A stretch of DNA of 34,278 bases, taken from IMG/VR virus record IMGVR_UViG_3300012942_000096, positions 1-34,278 of that record, one strand, 5' to 3'. The stretch is from a virus (Duplodnaviria; Caudoviricetes). The position numbers were made by a program, and so were the translations under genes. Position 1 is the stretch's first letter. The number at the start of each line of letters is the position of its first letter. The notes below the pieces were generated by a model that saw nothing but the letters and a program-made list of their open reading frames with translations, made no database searches and had not been told where the DNA came from. Of this stretch, positions 18,754 to 28,444 are shown in pieces.

Positions 18754-19006
18754 AAAGGTCTTTGAGATTAACCTTGAATTGGTTCATCTTGCTATGGAAA
18801 CTGCCTGTGCAAGCGCCATGGCCCGAGAAGTTGAGCGGCAATTCCATGAACAGTATCCAGATCAGTTTTTACATTTGGAGTTTCCTACCGCTTCGTTTCC
18901 CCATTTTGACAATGTTGACCTTGATCTTCATGATAAGAATTATGAAGTAAAAATTGTCGGTGGAAAAGCAGAATCCTTTAATGGAAGAAAATTAAATGGC
19001 GAATAG
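18746..19006 (+). CDS. Hypothetical protein
   Basis: Packed after dnaE. Confidence 0.65.
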   Translation: MSKKVFEINLELVHLAMETACASAMAREVERQFHEQYPDQFLHLEFPTASFPHFDNVDLDLHDKNYEVKIVGGKAESFNGRKLNGE

Positions 19007-19538
19007 AAAGCAGCGTAGAAAAATGGCTCAGCGACCCCCTCAAAATAATGGGCTTCAAGGTTTAAAAAACTTAGCCGAAGCAGCGCGCAAAGCCGCTGAA
19101 TCCCGCCAGGCGAAAGAAGCCGAGCCTCAGCCAGAAGAACCTAATCCGATGGCGATGACCATTTCTAAGCCAGATGAACAAGATATCGGTGACGTATGTA
19201 TCATGTGGCGATGGGTTTCTGGTCGATATGTTGTTTTGGCTTATTATGCACGTAAAGAGAATAATCTTGAGTCTATGCCTGCTGGTTCATATTGGGTCCG
19301 ATACGAGCCGACCGACGACTACCCTCTGAGTGCCGAAGAATCAAAATCTCTTGCTGAAATCTTGATGAGCGCGTATCGTTGGAAAGATATTTGGCAGAAT
19401 TATATGGGTGAATTCTTCCTGGCCGATGTTAAACCAAAGCTTGCAGTTGTCCATGATGATGATGTGCCACCTGTCGAAGAAGATCAAGAGCAAGAAGAAT
19501 TAAATGAAAATGAGGAAGAAAGCACCGACGATGCATAA
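18996..19538 (+). CDS. Hypothetical protein
   Basis: 180 aa; NRKQRR N-terminus, acidic tail. Confidence 0.8.
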   Translation: MANRKQRRKMAQRPPQNNGLQGLKNLAEAARKAAESRQAKEAEPQPEEPNPMAMTISKPDEQDIGDVCIMWRWVSGRYVVLAYYARKENNLESMPAGSYWVRYEPTDDYPLSAEESKSLAEILMSAYRWKDIWQNYMGEFFLADVKPKLAVVHDDDVPPVEEDQEQEELNENEEESTDDA

Positions 19539-19722
19539 GTGCCCTGCTATTGGTTGCCCCGACGAAACCGACAAGGCTTTTTGCCAGCGGCATTGGAGCA
19601 TGATTCCCCAATCTCTTGGCCGGGTTATTACTCGACATTTCCACAAAAGTGGTGTCGATTCAAAAGAATATAAGCAATGGGTGCAGCACGGCGTTACCCA
19701 CATTAAAACGATTGAGGGCTGA
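19531..19722 (+). CDS. Small Zn-finger-like protein
   Basis: CPAIGC-x8-CQRHW. Confidence 0.7.
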   Translation: MHKCPAIGCPDETDKAFCQRHWSMIPQSLGRVITRHFHKSGVDSKEYKQWVQHGVTHIKTIEG

Positions 19723-19973
19723 TGAGTCAAAGTAATGCGCCAGGAGAAACGAAAAAGAGAGAAAAGAACGAAGCTTCTCTTGTTATTCAAGTTGATTTTA
19801 AATTTAATCAGCAAGTAATGGCTCAGGCCCCCGAATGGGACAGAACTGGTATCGCATTGCTTCGTAAACTTCTTTACGATGATGGCTTGGCTGACGAACT
19901 TGCGCAAGAACTTAAACAAATACATCAGTTCATGGGTGAAGTTTCTGACGTAAACATTAGGGTGATGCAATGA
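19722..19973 (+). CDS. Hypothetical protein
   Basis: TGATG coupling. Confidence 0.7.
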   Translation: MSQSNAPGETKKREKNEASLVIQVDFKFNQQVMAQAPEWDRTGIALLRKLLYDDGLADELAQELKQIHQFMGEVSDVNIRVMQ

Positions 19974-20662
19974 CTGAGGTTTATGTCGTCGCATTCGACC
20001 CTGGCGAGACGACCGGCTGGTGCGTGATGGGAGTCGAGCAGGAGACCCTTAACGGCGCGCGTCACGTTGGGGACAAGCTTAGCGAAAACCTCACCGTGTT
20101 TAAATATGGGCAAATTGAATGCCTTGGACCTAAAAACGGTTGGGATTCACTTGGTGCAGCCATGGAAAACGAGGGTGTTGACCAGATGATCGCACTAGCA
20201 GATGAATTCAGAGATAGTGCTATCATCTTTGAAGATTTCATTGTGGATTTCAGTCAAATCACAATGAGCCGAAGCGCGCTATCTCCGGTTACTGTGATGG
20301 CAAAATTTGAATTTGGTCTTCAATATGAAGGCCAAGACGCAAAAGATGAATCTATTCTCGGTCGCATTTTCCGGCAAAACCGCTCTCCGGTTAAAACAAC
20401 CTGCACTGATTTAAGGCTTAAGAACTGGAAATTGTATGACCGGAATTCTGGACCTCATGCTAGGGATGCTGTTCGTCACGCTTATTATTTCCTACGTAAT
20501 TGCCGTGGTAATTCAATTAAAGCACGAGAACAACGTTGGCGGGCATGGCCTCATATTTTTTCTGATCCGATGGTTGAAGACTTTATTGGAAAAAGAGACA
20601 AACTTACAAAGGCTGCTGAAAAAGCAATCAATAAAGGTAGACGAATTGAATCACTAGGGTGA
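19970..20662 (+). CDS. RuvC-like Holliday junction resolvase
   Basis: VVAFDPGETTGW, IIFEDF, HARDAVRH. Confidence 0.85.
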   Translation: MTEVYVVAFDPGETTGWCVMGVEQETLNGARHVGDKLSENLTVFKYGQIECLGPKNGWDSLGAAMENEGVDQMIALADEFRDSAIIFEDFIVDFSQITMSRSALSPVTVMAKFEFGLQYEGQDAKDESILGRIFRQNRSPVKTTCTDLRLKNWKLYDRNSGPHARDAVRHAYYFLRNCRGNSIKAREQRWRAWPHIFSDPMVEDFIGKRDKLTKAAEKAINKGRRIESLG

Positions 20663-20686
20663 GCGCCGATCACCGGCGTGTCGGGT

Positions 20687-20716
20687 TTGGCGACCAGCAA
20701 ACTCATGGGCTAGCCT
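20687..20716 (+). promoter_or_regulatory. Promoter for the leaderless RHH gene
   Basis: TTGGCG-N18-TAGCCT, 6 nt, then ATG 20723; CGGCGTGTCG just upstream. Confidence 0.5.
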
Positions 20717-20722
20717 AAGAGG

Positions 20723-20887
20723 ATGGCCCAAGCCCCGCCTACCGAGCCACGCGACGCGCATTGCAAAGTGTATACGGAAAAGAGTTTAAAAGAGCAAATC
20801 CAAAAACTTGCAGATGATAATGATTTATCATTTTCCGAAATGGGAAGACTGCTATGGAAGCAAGCTTTAGCGTGCCAGACTCAGTAG
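20723..20887 (+). CDS. Ribbon-helix-helix DNA-binding protein (54 aa)
   Basis: Read manually: HCKVYT-EKSLKEQIQKLADDN-DLSFSEMGRLLWKQAL. Confidence 0.7.
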   Translation: MAQAPPTEPRDAHCKVYTEKSLKEQIQKLADDNDLSFSEMGRLLWKQALACQTQ

Positions 20888-21201
20888 CCGATGCTAAGCT
20901 TTACGATCCAGCGCCGGGTTACCGTCCTATTCCGGCTGTGTGTTTTGATTTAGAATTGTGTGAGCACAATGCACAATGTCCGGTCATTTATGTCCGACAA
21001 GAATTTCTTCTTGTACCAGAAGAATATTCCCCATACTGGTCTGTTACTAAAGACCAAAATGGCAGTTTCATTGTAAAATCTTCTCATCATTTTGGAGAAG
21101 AAAATGAATCCGGCGAAAAACAAGAACGAACCTTCATCTGGCGTGTCACGGATAAGTTTGACGCTGCACGTGGCTGCTGGGTTGCGGTGTTCGTAGATTA
21201 G
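20854..21201 (+). CDS. Hypothetical protein (start uncertain)
   Basis: 115 aa ORF filling the gap. Confidence 0.65.
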   Translation: MEASFSVPDSVADAKLYDPAPGYRPIPAVCFDLELCEHNAQCPVIYVRQEFLLVPEEYSPYWSVTKDQNGSFIVKSSHHFGEENESGEKQERTFIWRVTDKFDAARGCWVAVFVD

Positions 21202-21606
21202 GTGGGAGTTATGTTTCATGAGAGTGTTGCTGAAAACTGGGCGAAAGTCTTCATCGCCTTTTTATGCGTCTACTGCCTCGTTCAAATTGCGGAATACATA
21301 CGAGACAAGCGAAATGAAAATATCGTCCTCGCTTCGCGACAGGCTATCAATACGTATGTCCGAACTGGCGCTAAAACTAAGACATTTCATTCTCTTGGTA
21401 GCCCTCTTATTTCGACCGCTGAGAAACTACGCAGTGATTTCGTAGAAGAAGAAAGACGAGACGCTGAAATAAAAGCAGTAGAAAACGGTTTCCAACTTTA
21501 CTGCTATTGCCCGAAGTGTAAAAAATTTGATATGCACCATATGAGCGGCAACACCAGCGGGCGTGAATGCGTGTCTTGCGGCTATTTGTGGCACGTACCT
21601 TCATGA
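21202..21606 (+). CDS. Membrane protein with C-terminal Zn ribbon
   Basis: TM helix; CPKC...RECVSCG. Confidence 0.75.
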   Translation: MGVMFHESVAENWAKVFIAFLCVYCLVQIAEYIRDKRNENIVLASRQAINTYVRTGAKTKTFHSLGSPLISTAEKLRSDFVEEERRDAEIKAVENGFQLYCYCPKCKKFDMHHMSGNTSGRECVSCGYLWHVPS

Positions 21607-21615
21607 GGAAATTAG

Positions 21616-22200
21616 GTGACGAGACAAGCGCCAAAAACCTTACGATGGCGTTTATTCGTTCGTGATGGTTGGGTGACCGATGGGGTATATCCTGTCGGCC
21701 ACGTCCAAGCTGGAAATAAAGTAAGACTCGCACATTGTGCGTTTCTTTGTGGAACGGTTTTAACTTATGATGAAGCCACAGTGGATCATCACCCGTTGCC
21801 TTGGCGTCTTGGTGGTACTTGGGCTGAAAACAATACGCGCTTGGCTTGCGGTCCATGCAATCATCACGAAGCGCAAAAAGCCAGTAATCTTATAAATAAA
21901 GCCGGTATGCCACAAGGTTTGGAACCAAACCAACGTCGGCAATGGTGGATCAATTACGTTGTCGAACACAACATTAAGAGCGAACTCGATCTGATGATTG
22001 GCGCTATCGGAATCACTGTGCCATCGAAAGCAGTTCGTATGCCGATGAATTATGCCTACCATGTATCTAAACCAATAAAAGCCAACAAACCAAAGAAACG
22101 AGGTCAATTAACCAGAAGTATTGGGCAAGAAGTTATTTGGCACAACAGCAATGGTCGATTCCGTTATGATGTTAACGGTATTCCTAGAGATCGAATTTGA
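21616..22200 (+). CDS. HNH endonuclease
   Basis: CAFLCG...TVDH...GGT...N...ACGPCN. Confidence 0.85.
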   Translation: MTRQAPKTLRWRLFVRDGWVTDGVYPVGHVQAGNKVRLAHCAFLCGTVLTYDEATVDHHPLPWRLGGTWAENNTRLACGPCNHHEAQKASNLINKAGMPQGLEPNQRRQWWINYVVEHNIKSELDLMIGAIGITVPSKAVRMPMNYAYHVSKPIKANKPKKRGQLTRSIGQEVIWHNSNGRFRYDVNGIPRDRI

Positions 22201-22209
22201 AAGGTAGCA

Positions 22210-22959
22210 ATGACCCACACTATTGAAGTTCACCGCTTTGACCCGTCAGACCCTCGCTTGGGCCGTCACGTTCACCATGACAGCCGCTCGCTTGCGCACG
22301 CCTTTCTTCCCAAGGACGCAAAGCCCAAGGGAGTCAACACTTTTTGGGGATCAGGTACCGGACCTCTTAATCAGGGCCAAATCGGTTCTTGTACGGGAAA
22401 CGCTGCGGCACAATGGCTTAACACTGATTTTGCTAAGCAGGTGCGCAAGCTGGTAAACGAAAACCACTACTTTACCGAAGACGATGCACTTGATTTGTAT
22501 TCAATTGCAACGACTTTGGACACCGAGCCAGGCCAATACCCGCCAGACGATACCGGCTCTGATGGCGTTTCGGTGTCGAAAGCCGGTCACCAGCTTGGCT
22601 TTTTGGATAAGCAGTACTGTCTTCACACCTTTTCGTTCTCGTCGGCTCAGGCCGGTATCGAGCGTCGCCCGGCGATTCAGGGAACGATTTGGACAAATGA
22701 TATGTACTACCCCCGCAACGGTTTGGTGAAGGTCGGCAAGATCGTTGATTCCAATATCGTTGGGGGACATGAATATTTGTTCTGCGGTGTTGATTATACC
22801 GAAGAAGTTCATATCTTCCGTAACTCGTGGGGCGACGATGACGAGTGGGAAGGCTGCAAGCCTGGCGGGTACTTCGCTATCGGTTTCAAGGACGTGCAGA
22901 ACCTTCTTGCAAATCAGGGTGATGTTACCTTCTTGAATGGCAAGGGTGCTTCCGCGTAG
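22210..22959 (+). CDS. Papain-like (C1) cysteine peptidase
   Basis: NQGQIGSCTG, GGHEY, RNSWG catalytic motifs. Confidence 0.9.
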   Translation: MTHTIEVHRFDPSDPRLGRHVHHDSRSLAHAFLPKDAKPKGVNTFWGSGTGPLNQGQIGSCTGNAAAQWLNTDFAKQVRKLVNENHYFTEDDALDLYSIATTLDTEPGQYPPDDTGSDGVSVSKAGHQLGFLDKQYCLHTFSFSSAQAGIERRPAIQGTIWTNDMYYPRNGLVKVGKIVDSNIVGGHEYLFCGVDYTEEVHIFRNSWGDDDEWEGCKPGGYFAIGFKDVQNLLANQGDVTFLNGKGASA

Positions 22960-22971
22960 TATTAAAGATGC

Positions 22972-23005
22972 TGACAGCCCCGCCCGAAATGGGCGGGGTA
23001 TGTCA
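22972..23005 (+). terminator. GC-rich hairpin after the peptidase (no U tract)
   Basis: TGACA-GCCCCGCCC-GAAAT-GGGCGGGGT-A-TGTCA. Confidence 0.55.
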
Positions 23006-23022
23006 TAACAGAAAGGAAAATT

Positions 23023-23349
23023 GTGGATAAGGATATACCTATTCATGATGGTCTTCCAGTTATTCTAACGTTTCCCGTATGGAATGACTGCAACAAAGAC
23101 GAATCAGTTTCATTTATTGCTACCGATATCGTTTGTGTTGAAGCTGCTCATCTTCATGTTCCCAAAGAAAATGGCCCCGATGAAGCACCAACAGAAGAAA
23201 TTGTCGATGTTACGCGAATCTTTTCTAAGATTCGTTCTCCTATTTCTTCAACCATGAGTTATCAGAACATAATGGATATGTGGATGGAAGGTCTTAAACA
23301 ATCATTCGGTCATTATGGCATGAATGAACATATTGAAGAAATTAGGTAA
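23023..23349 (+). CDS. Hypothetical protein
   Basis: SD GAAAGGA. Confidence 0.75.
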   Translation: MDKDIPIHDGLPVILTFPVWNDCNKDESVSFIATDIVCVEAAHLHVPKENGPDEAPTEEIVDVTRIFSKIRSPISSTMSYQNIMDMWMEGLKQSFGHYGMNEHIEEIR

Positions 23350-23355
23350 ATTTGA

Positions 23356-23742
23356 ATGACCGGCATTCCAGAAATTAATGAAGATATTCCCCTTGGCATG
23401 GTAACTACTCCATTATTGGAGAATATGTGCCATGGTTTTGAACCAGATAATATCCATGCCCAAGCGCGCAATGCGTGGGAGCCCTGCATTCAGTGCGGAG
23501 AGCGACCGACGCACTGGCCGGGCCATGTCTCGCGGCAGCAATTAGCTGAGTACGCCCAAGCTCGTACGCGAGAATTAGCGCCAGAAGCCGATCAACTTTT
23601 GAAAGCAATGGAAGTTAAAGGTATATCTGACGAACAATATGAAACTCTGTTTAGCAGATATTATATGAATCTTGGCGAGCAACACGCGCTAAGAGCAGTC
23701 ACAGAATGGGCCAGGGAAAATGTCATCATCACAGGAGAATAA
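23356..23742 (+). CDS. Hypothetical protein
   Basis: 128 aa; C..F...CIQCG..H motif. Confidence 0.75.
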   Translation: MTGIPEINEDIPLGMVTTPLLENMCHGFEPDNIHAQARNAWEPCIQCGERPTHWPGHVSRQQLAEYAQARTRELAPEADQLLKAMEVKGISDEQYETLFSRYYMNLGEQHALRAVTEWARENVIITGE

Positions 23743-23743
23743 A

Positions 23744-24112
23744 ATGTCTGGTTATGGTATAGAATTTGAAAAAGAACTAACAAGTCTTATTAATAAATAT
23801 AATATTGATTCAAACCTTAACACGCCAGATTTTATTCTTGCCGCTGCAATGCGTCGAATTCTTCCGATGTTGAGTAGTTTTGTAGCTGAACGCGATCACT
23901 GGTGGGGCTTTGTTCCCGAAATAGGCAATCCCCATATTGCTAGTCATGGTCGCAGCTTTCCGCCTCTGAAAAATAGATTTGCTGATCTTAAAACTGCTGA
24001 TAAAGTCTTTGAAACTCTTAATTATCTTATGAATGATGGTGGGTGGACACCGGAAGCTATCAGAGAATTCCAAAATCAGGCAGTGAAAAGAATTTTTGAA
24101 CTATCTGTATGA
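23744..24112 (+). CDS. Hypothetical phage protein
   Basis: SD AGGAG; ELTSLINKY...NTPDFILA motif familiar from phage proteins. Confidence 0.75.
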   Translation: MSGYGIEFEKELTSLINKYNIDSNLNTPDFILAAAMRRILPMLSSFVAERDHWWGFVPEIGNPHIASHGRSFPPLKNRFADLKTADKVFETLNYLMNDGGWTPEAIREFQNQAVKRIFELSV

Positions 24113-24127
24113 CAATAGGGGTTAAGA

Positions 24128-24586
24128 ATGGGTAAGCGAAAGAGCGATATTCGTAAGGCAAAAGCTAGGGAAGCTCGCAAGACAACACGCAAAGATAACG
24201 TCAAAGTTAATCAGGGCGTTGCTGTCGGTAAGTGGACTGATGTCCGTAGAGGCCAGGTTGTCGCTGAGGGAACGTACATCGACGGTCAAGGTGTTTTGCG
24301 TGATGCAAAAGACGGATCGGTGGCGACTTGGCATGTCAACGAGAAAACTCGCAGGTCATTAGGGTTGACCGGCCCGTGTGTGCGCCGAGGAATCGCCCCG
24401 GCAGAGATCGCGTACGACCCCGAAACAGGTGCTCCCTGGTGCCCTGAGTGCTGGCCGGTGGAGCAAAAAAGGCGACAAAAGGAAAAGCTAGAACAAGAAT
24501 TCAATGATTTAGTTGAATCTTTTAATAGCATTCCTCTTATTGGAGATGAATTGGCCAAGGCGTTCAGAGGACTATTTGCAAAATGA
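24128..24586 (+). CDS. Hypothetical protein
   Basis: 152 aa; basic N-terminus, WCPEC. Confidence 0.75.
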   Translation: MGKRKSDIRKAKAREARKTTRKDNVKVNQGVAVGKWTDVRRGQVVAEGTYIDGQGVLRDAKDGSVATWHVNEKTRRSLGLTGPCVRRGIAPAEIAYDPETGAPWCPECWPVEQKRRQKEKLEQEFNDLVESFNSIPLIGDELAKAFRGLFAK

Positions 24587-24754
24587 GAAGGTCACAGAAG
24601 AAAAAGTTCAAGATGAAATTGGTTGAGAACAGTCGTTCAGATCAAATTTCATGGGAGTGCGTTTGAGGGACTAGGTTGGTGGCATGGTCAAGTAATCACG
24701 CCAGGAACACGCTTTACTATAAATCGCTGGTGGTTTTGGAATATGGGAGTTTAA

Positions 24755-25060
24755 ATGCAGCTTGAAAACAGCCATGGCGGGTATGCTGGTCGGTCGCTAG
24801 TCAATGTGATGCAAGAGACTTTGGACAAAACCTTAGTTGAGTTTGAAGAAATGAATGATAAAGAAGGTGTTGAATTTGATGAAGTAGTTTGTGATCGACT
24901 TCAAGGTATGGTTGCTGGTATGGCAAAAATGATCGGCATTATTCGCGGTACCAGCGTGCAAACCGAAATCCAAGAATCCCGCCAGCGGATTCGTGAGCGT
25001 CAGATGACAAATGAAGAATTAAGTGAAGATATCAACGCGGTAGGAGTCGAAAGAAGGTGA
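24755..25060 (+). CDS. Hypothetical protein
   Basis: SD GGGAG. Confidence 0.75.
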   Translation: MQLENSHGGYAGRSLVNVMQETLDKTLVEFEEMNDKEGVEFDEVVCDRLQGMVAGMAKMIGIIRGTSVQTEIQESRQRIRERQMTNEELSEDINAVGVERR

Positions 25061-25494
25061 CCAAAAGATCAAAAAAGCAAAGGATGCTCGAATCTAAAGC
25101 TTTAAAGTATCGTTCTCAATTAAACTATGAACCAGGACGTGTAAGTTTAGATAAAACTAGAAATGAAATTTGGCGTCCGGTTAAAGATTATGAAGACAGT
25201 TATTTAGTTTCAAATAAAGGTAGAACATATTCTTTACCAAGATGGGTTATTCGTAGACCCAATAAAAAAATGTTTCTGCGCGGCGGTGTTATGAGACCTT
25301 TATCAAATAATGTTGATAATGTTCTTCGTGTTCAATTGTATTGTAACGCAACGCCTGTCGTACGTGAGGTTCTGTCATTACAACGAGAAGTATTCTCGGA
25401 CAACGAAATTGACTTCACGATAAGACCGAGCGAGGTCAATATCGGCTGGTCGGTACCCGACGAGATACCGATTGACTTTGGGCCGAATATGTAG
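25057..25494 (+). CDS. NUMOD4-domain protein lacking an HNH domain
   Basis: EIWRPVKDYEDSYLVSNKGR. Confidence 0.75.
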   Translation: MTKRSKKQRMLESKALKYRSQLNYEPGRVSLDKTRNEIWRPVKDYEDSYLVSNKGRTYSLPRWVIRRPNKKMFLRGGVMRPLSNNVDNVLRVQLYCNATPVVREVLSLQREVFSDNEIDFTIRPSEVNIGWSVPDEIPIDFGPNM

Positions 25495-25528
25495 TGGTGC
25501 AGGGGGTTTGACGCGCCGCTATGTTGTG

Positions 25529-25554
25529 CCACAGGGGTTTTCGAGCCCCTGTGG
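25529..25554 (+). other. Strong hairpin / inverted repeat upstream of the primase gene
   Basis: CCACAGGGGTT-TTCG-AGCCCCTGTGG, followed by -10-like TAGTCT (25557-62). Confidence 0.6.
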
Positions 25555-25687
25555 GCTAGTCTGATAGGTCCACCGGCAGCCAATTTTGCCACATTTGCGT
25601 TATGCAAATGGTGATGGAGTCGTGGCTTAAGAGGGTTTTAATTGTGTTTTGAGTCGTCATTATTAGAGAACGGAGTTGTTTTAAACG

Positions 25688-28441
25688 ATGGGTTCTACAG
25701 TCCAACACATGAATCCCTATCGGGAAACGTCACTGAAATACAAAAAATCAGGTTGGCATGGACCGTTACCTATTCCACATAAGCAAAAGAATCCTCCGCC
25801 GACAGGGTATACCGGCCACCGTGCGCCGTATCCAGATGTTAAAAAGATAGAAGAATGGCGCGCGTCATCTAAAAGACAGAATATTTGCATTCGTCTTGCA
25901 GGTGTTGATGACGAACATGAGATTATTGGTATTGACGTTGACCACTATCAAAAAGCTGGTAAAGAAAAACGTGGTGGCGATCAGTTAAAAATTCTTGAAG
26001 CTCAGTACGGAAAACTTCCTGATACGTGGATCAGCTCAGCGAGAACTGATGGTATTTCGGGTATTCGGTACTTCCGTGTACCGCGAGGGATGGCCTTTCG
26101 TGGTCAGGTTGATAAAGATATCGAATGCATTTCTAAAGGATATCGTTTTGCGGTAGTTTGGCCGAGCTTGCATCCTGAAGGTAGTACATATTGGTGGTTT
26201 CCGCCAGGCATTACCCCTGATGAGCTAGGTCGTGGAATTTGGGATGGCTCAGACCTTCCTCAAGCAAAAGATTTACCAATTTTACCTGATGTTTGGCTTG
26301 AATATTTAAGTCAAAACAGGATGCGGGCCGATTTAGATGACCGCATCGACATGGATTCAACCCCAAATCAAATTTATGAGTGGGCTGATGCAACGTTTCA
26401 TGGCGAAGACGAAACCCCGATGTGCAGATTATATCGGGATAAGATCGCAAAGCACAAAAAACTTATTGTTGAAGAAGCTACATTTCACGATAAAATCGTA
26501 AACGGTCATTATAATCTCATTCGTCTTGCTGCTGAAGGCCATGTTGGTTGGAATGAAGCAATCAATGAGTTTGAACAAATTTGTTTAGACAAGGTTCAAT
26601 CTGGTCAAAAAGATCGCGGCCGACAAGAAATTATTGATGAAATTTGGCGCAGTCGTGTTAATGGGTTACGAAAAGTCAAAGCGCAGTGTGACGAGCAAGT
26701 GCGAATTGGCGCAAACCCTGTTTTGGCTCGCTGTGACGAGCCTGGGGGTATCTGCTACACCGGCTCAGATGCCAGCATGCCGACAAACGACGATGGCGAC
26801 GCCCCGCCACCGGATGACCCGCTTGAAGATATACCACGCGGTGCTGCTCTACCAGTTGACGAGTATCGCCTTAATGATGATGGTAATGCAGATCATCTTA
26901 TTGATATGTTTTCATCGTTAGAAACCGGTCCAGCTTTTCGTTATGCAGAAGGTTATGGCTGGATCATTTGGCATAAAGGCAAAGGCGATGAGCAGCCGCA
27001 TTGGCAACTTGATTCAGAAGGAAATCAAGAGATGCGGCGTATGTTTCAACGTATTCGTGATCGTCAAGAAGATTATGTTGAAACTGCTTTACTACCAGCA
27101 TGGAAAGCATTGCAGGCTCAGCTTGATGCTCAGTTAGCCAGCCCTGTTCCTGTTCCTAATGGTATTACTAAAGTTGATGTGCAGCAGGCAAAGGATAAGT
27201 ATTACGAATGGAAAAAATTCAGTGTAGCCAATGGGAACAATCGCAACGCCAACAATGCTATCGAGGCTGCCAAGTCGATAAGCGGGGTTTCTATCTCTGT
27301 GAACAATCTGGACAGAAACCCGTTGTTACTCGGTGTGGCTAACGGTGTTTTAGAGCTTGGTATTGACGATGTGCGACTTCGCGAGGCAAAACCAGATGAT
27401 TTGGTAACTCTTAATACTCATGTTTCCTATGAACAACCAAGCAAGTTAGCGCAATCAACGTGGGAAAGATATTTAGATACATTCTTGCCCGACCTTGAGC
27501 TAAGACGAATCGTACAAATTATTATGGGTCATTGTATTATTGGTGGCAATCCAGAGAAAATAATTATTGTTCTGAAAGGACAATCTGAGACCGGTAAATC
27601 AACAATGTTATCGGCGATTCAATCAGCTCTTGGTGATTATGCTGCACCGGTAAATGAAGGCATGTTTCAATCTGGGCATTTTAATGAAGTACTGGCTAAT
27701 GCTCTCGACAAACGTGTTGTGGTGTGTTCTGAGTTTGATTCATCTATTAAAATGAGTGCTTCGATGGTGAAACGTTTAACAGGAAATGATACTATTTCAG
27801 TTCCTATTAAACATAGTAATGCTGTCAAAGAGGGCGAAGTTCAATTTGTGACAATATTGGCAACGAATGCAACACCACACATTGAGGGTGCCGATAGAGC
27901 GTTGCTTAACAGATTAAAGGTTATTCCATTTGAGACAAAACCACAACATATTGATAGATCGCTGTCTAATGTTGTAATTCAAACGTGCGCACCGGCTGTT
28001 TTATGGTGGTTGATCGAAGGCTATAGACAATATACAACGATTGGATCGTTGCCAACAAGTAAGATTATTGATGATACAACAGAAAGTTTTATGGATGAAC
28101 TTGATCCTGTGGCTATGTTTTTATCTGAAACTACGATCAAACATAGTCATTTCGGTAGAAATATTGAGTGGAAAAATGAGCCAGAATGGTGTGTAAAACG
28201 TGATGATGTCTTTCGTCACTATGAGCAATGGTGCGAAAATAACAAAATTCCTAATCGTGAGCGAATTAGTCCTCACATGCTTACAAGACGCTTGCGTTCA
28301 CTCGGGGTGATCGACAGCGGCAACCGTCTTGTGTCGGTCGGGGGCAACGCTGGCCGGTATTGGTTCGGGATCAAGCTGCGCAAGCTGCGCCGGGGAGGCA
28401 ACGTGTTCCCGATGAGGACCGAATCGGAGGATCAGCAGTGA
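25688..28441 (+). CDS. Bifunctional primase-polymerase fused to a D5/P4-like SF3 helicase
   Basis: K.PP.TG, IIGIDVD, VVWPSLHP; LLGVANGVL, GQSETGKST, VKRLTGND, ATN, NRLKVIPF. Confidence 0.93.
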   Translation: MGSTVQHMNPYRETSLKYKKSGWHGPLPIPHKQKNPPPTGYTGHRAPYPDVKKIEEWRASSKRQNICIRLAGVDDEHEIIGIDVDHYQKAGKEKRGGDQLKILEAQYGKLPDTWISSARTDGISGIRYFRVPRGMAFRGQVDKDIECISKGYRFAVVWPSLHPEGSTYWWFPPGITPDELGRGIWDGSDLPQAKDLPILPDVWLEYLSQNRMRADLDDRIDMDSTPNQIYEWADATFHGEDETPMCRLYRDKIAKHKKLIVEEATFHDKIVNGHYNLIRLAAEGHVGWNEAINEFEQICLDKVQSGQKDRGRQEIIDEIWRSRVNGLRKVKAQCDEQVRIGANPVLARCDEPGGICYTGSDASMPTNDDGDAPPPDDPLEDIPRGAALPVDEYRLNDDGNADHLIDMFSSLETGPAFRYAEGYGWIIWHKGKGDEQPHWQLDSEGNQEMRRMFQRIRDRQEDYVETALLPAWKALQAQLDAQLASPVPVPNGITKVDVQQAKDKYYEWKKFSVANGNNRNANNAIEAAKSISGVSISVNNLDRNPLLLGVANGVLELGIDDVRLREAKPDDLVTLNTHVSYEQPSKLAQSTWERYLDTFLPDLELRRIVQIIMGHCIIGGNPEKIIIVLKGQSETGKSTMLSAIQSALGDYAAPVNEGMFQSGHFNEVLANALDKRVVVCSEFDSSIKMSASMVKRLTGNDTISVPIKHSNAVKEGEVQFVTILATNATPHIEGADRALLNRLKVIPFETKPQHIDRSLSNVVIQTCAPAVLWWLIEGYRQYTTIGSLPTSKIIDDTTESFMDELDPVAMFLSETTIKHSHFGRNIEWKNEPEWCVKRDDVFRHYEQWCENNKIPNRERISPHMLTRRLRSLGVIDSGNRLVSVGGNAGRYWFGIKLRKLRRGGNVFPMRTESEDQQ

Positions 28442-28444
28442 AGA

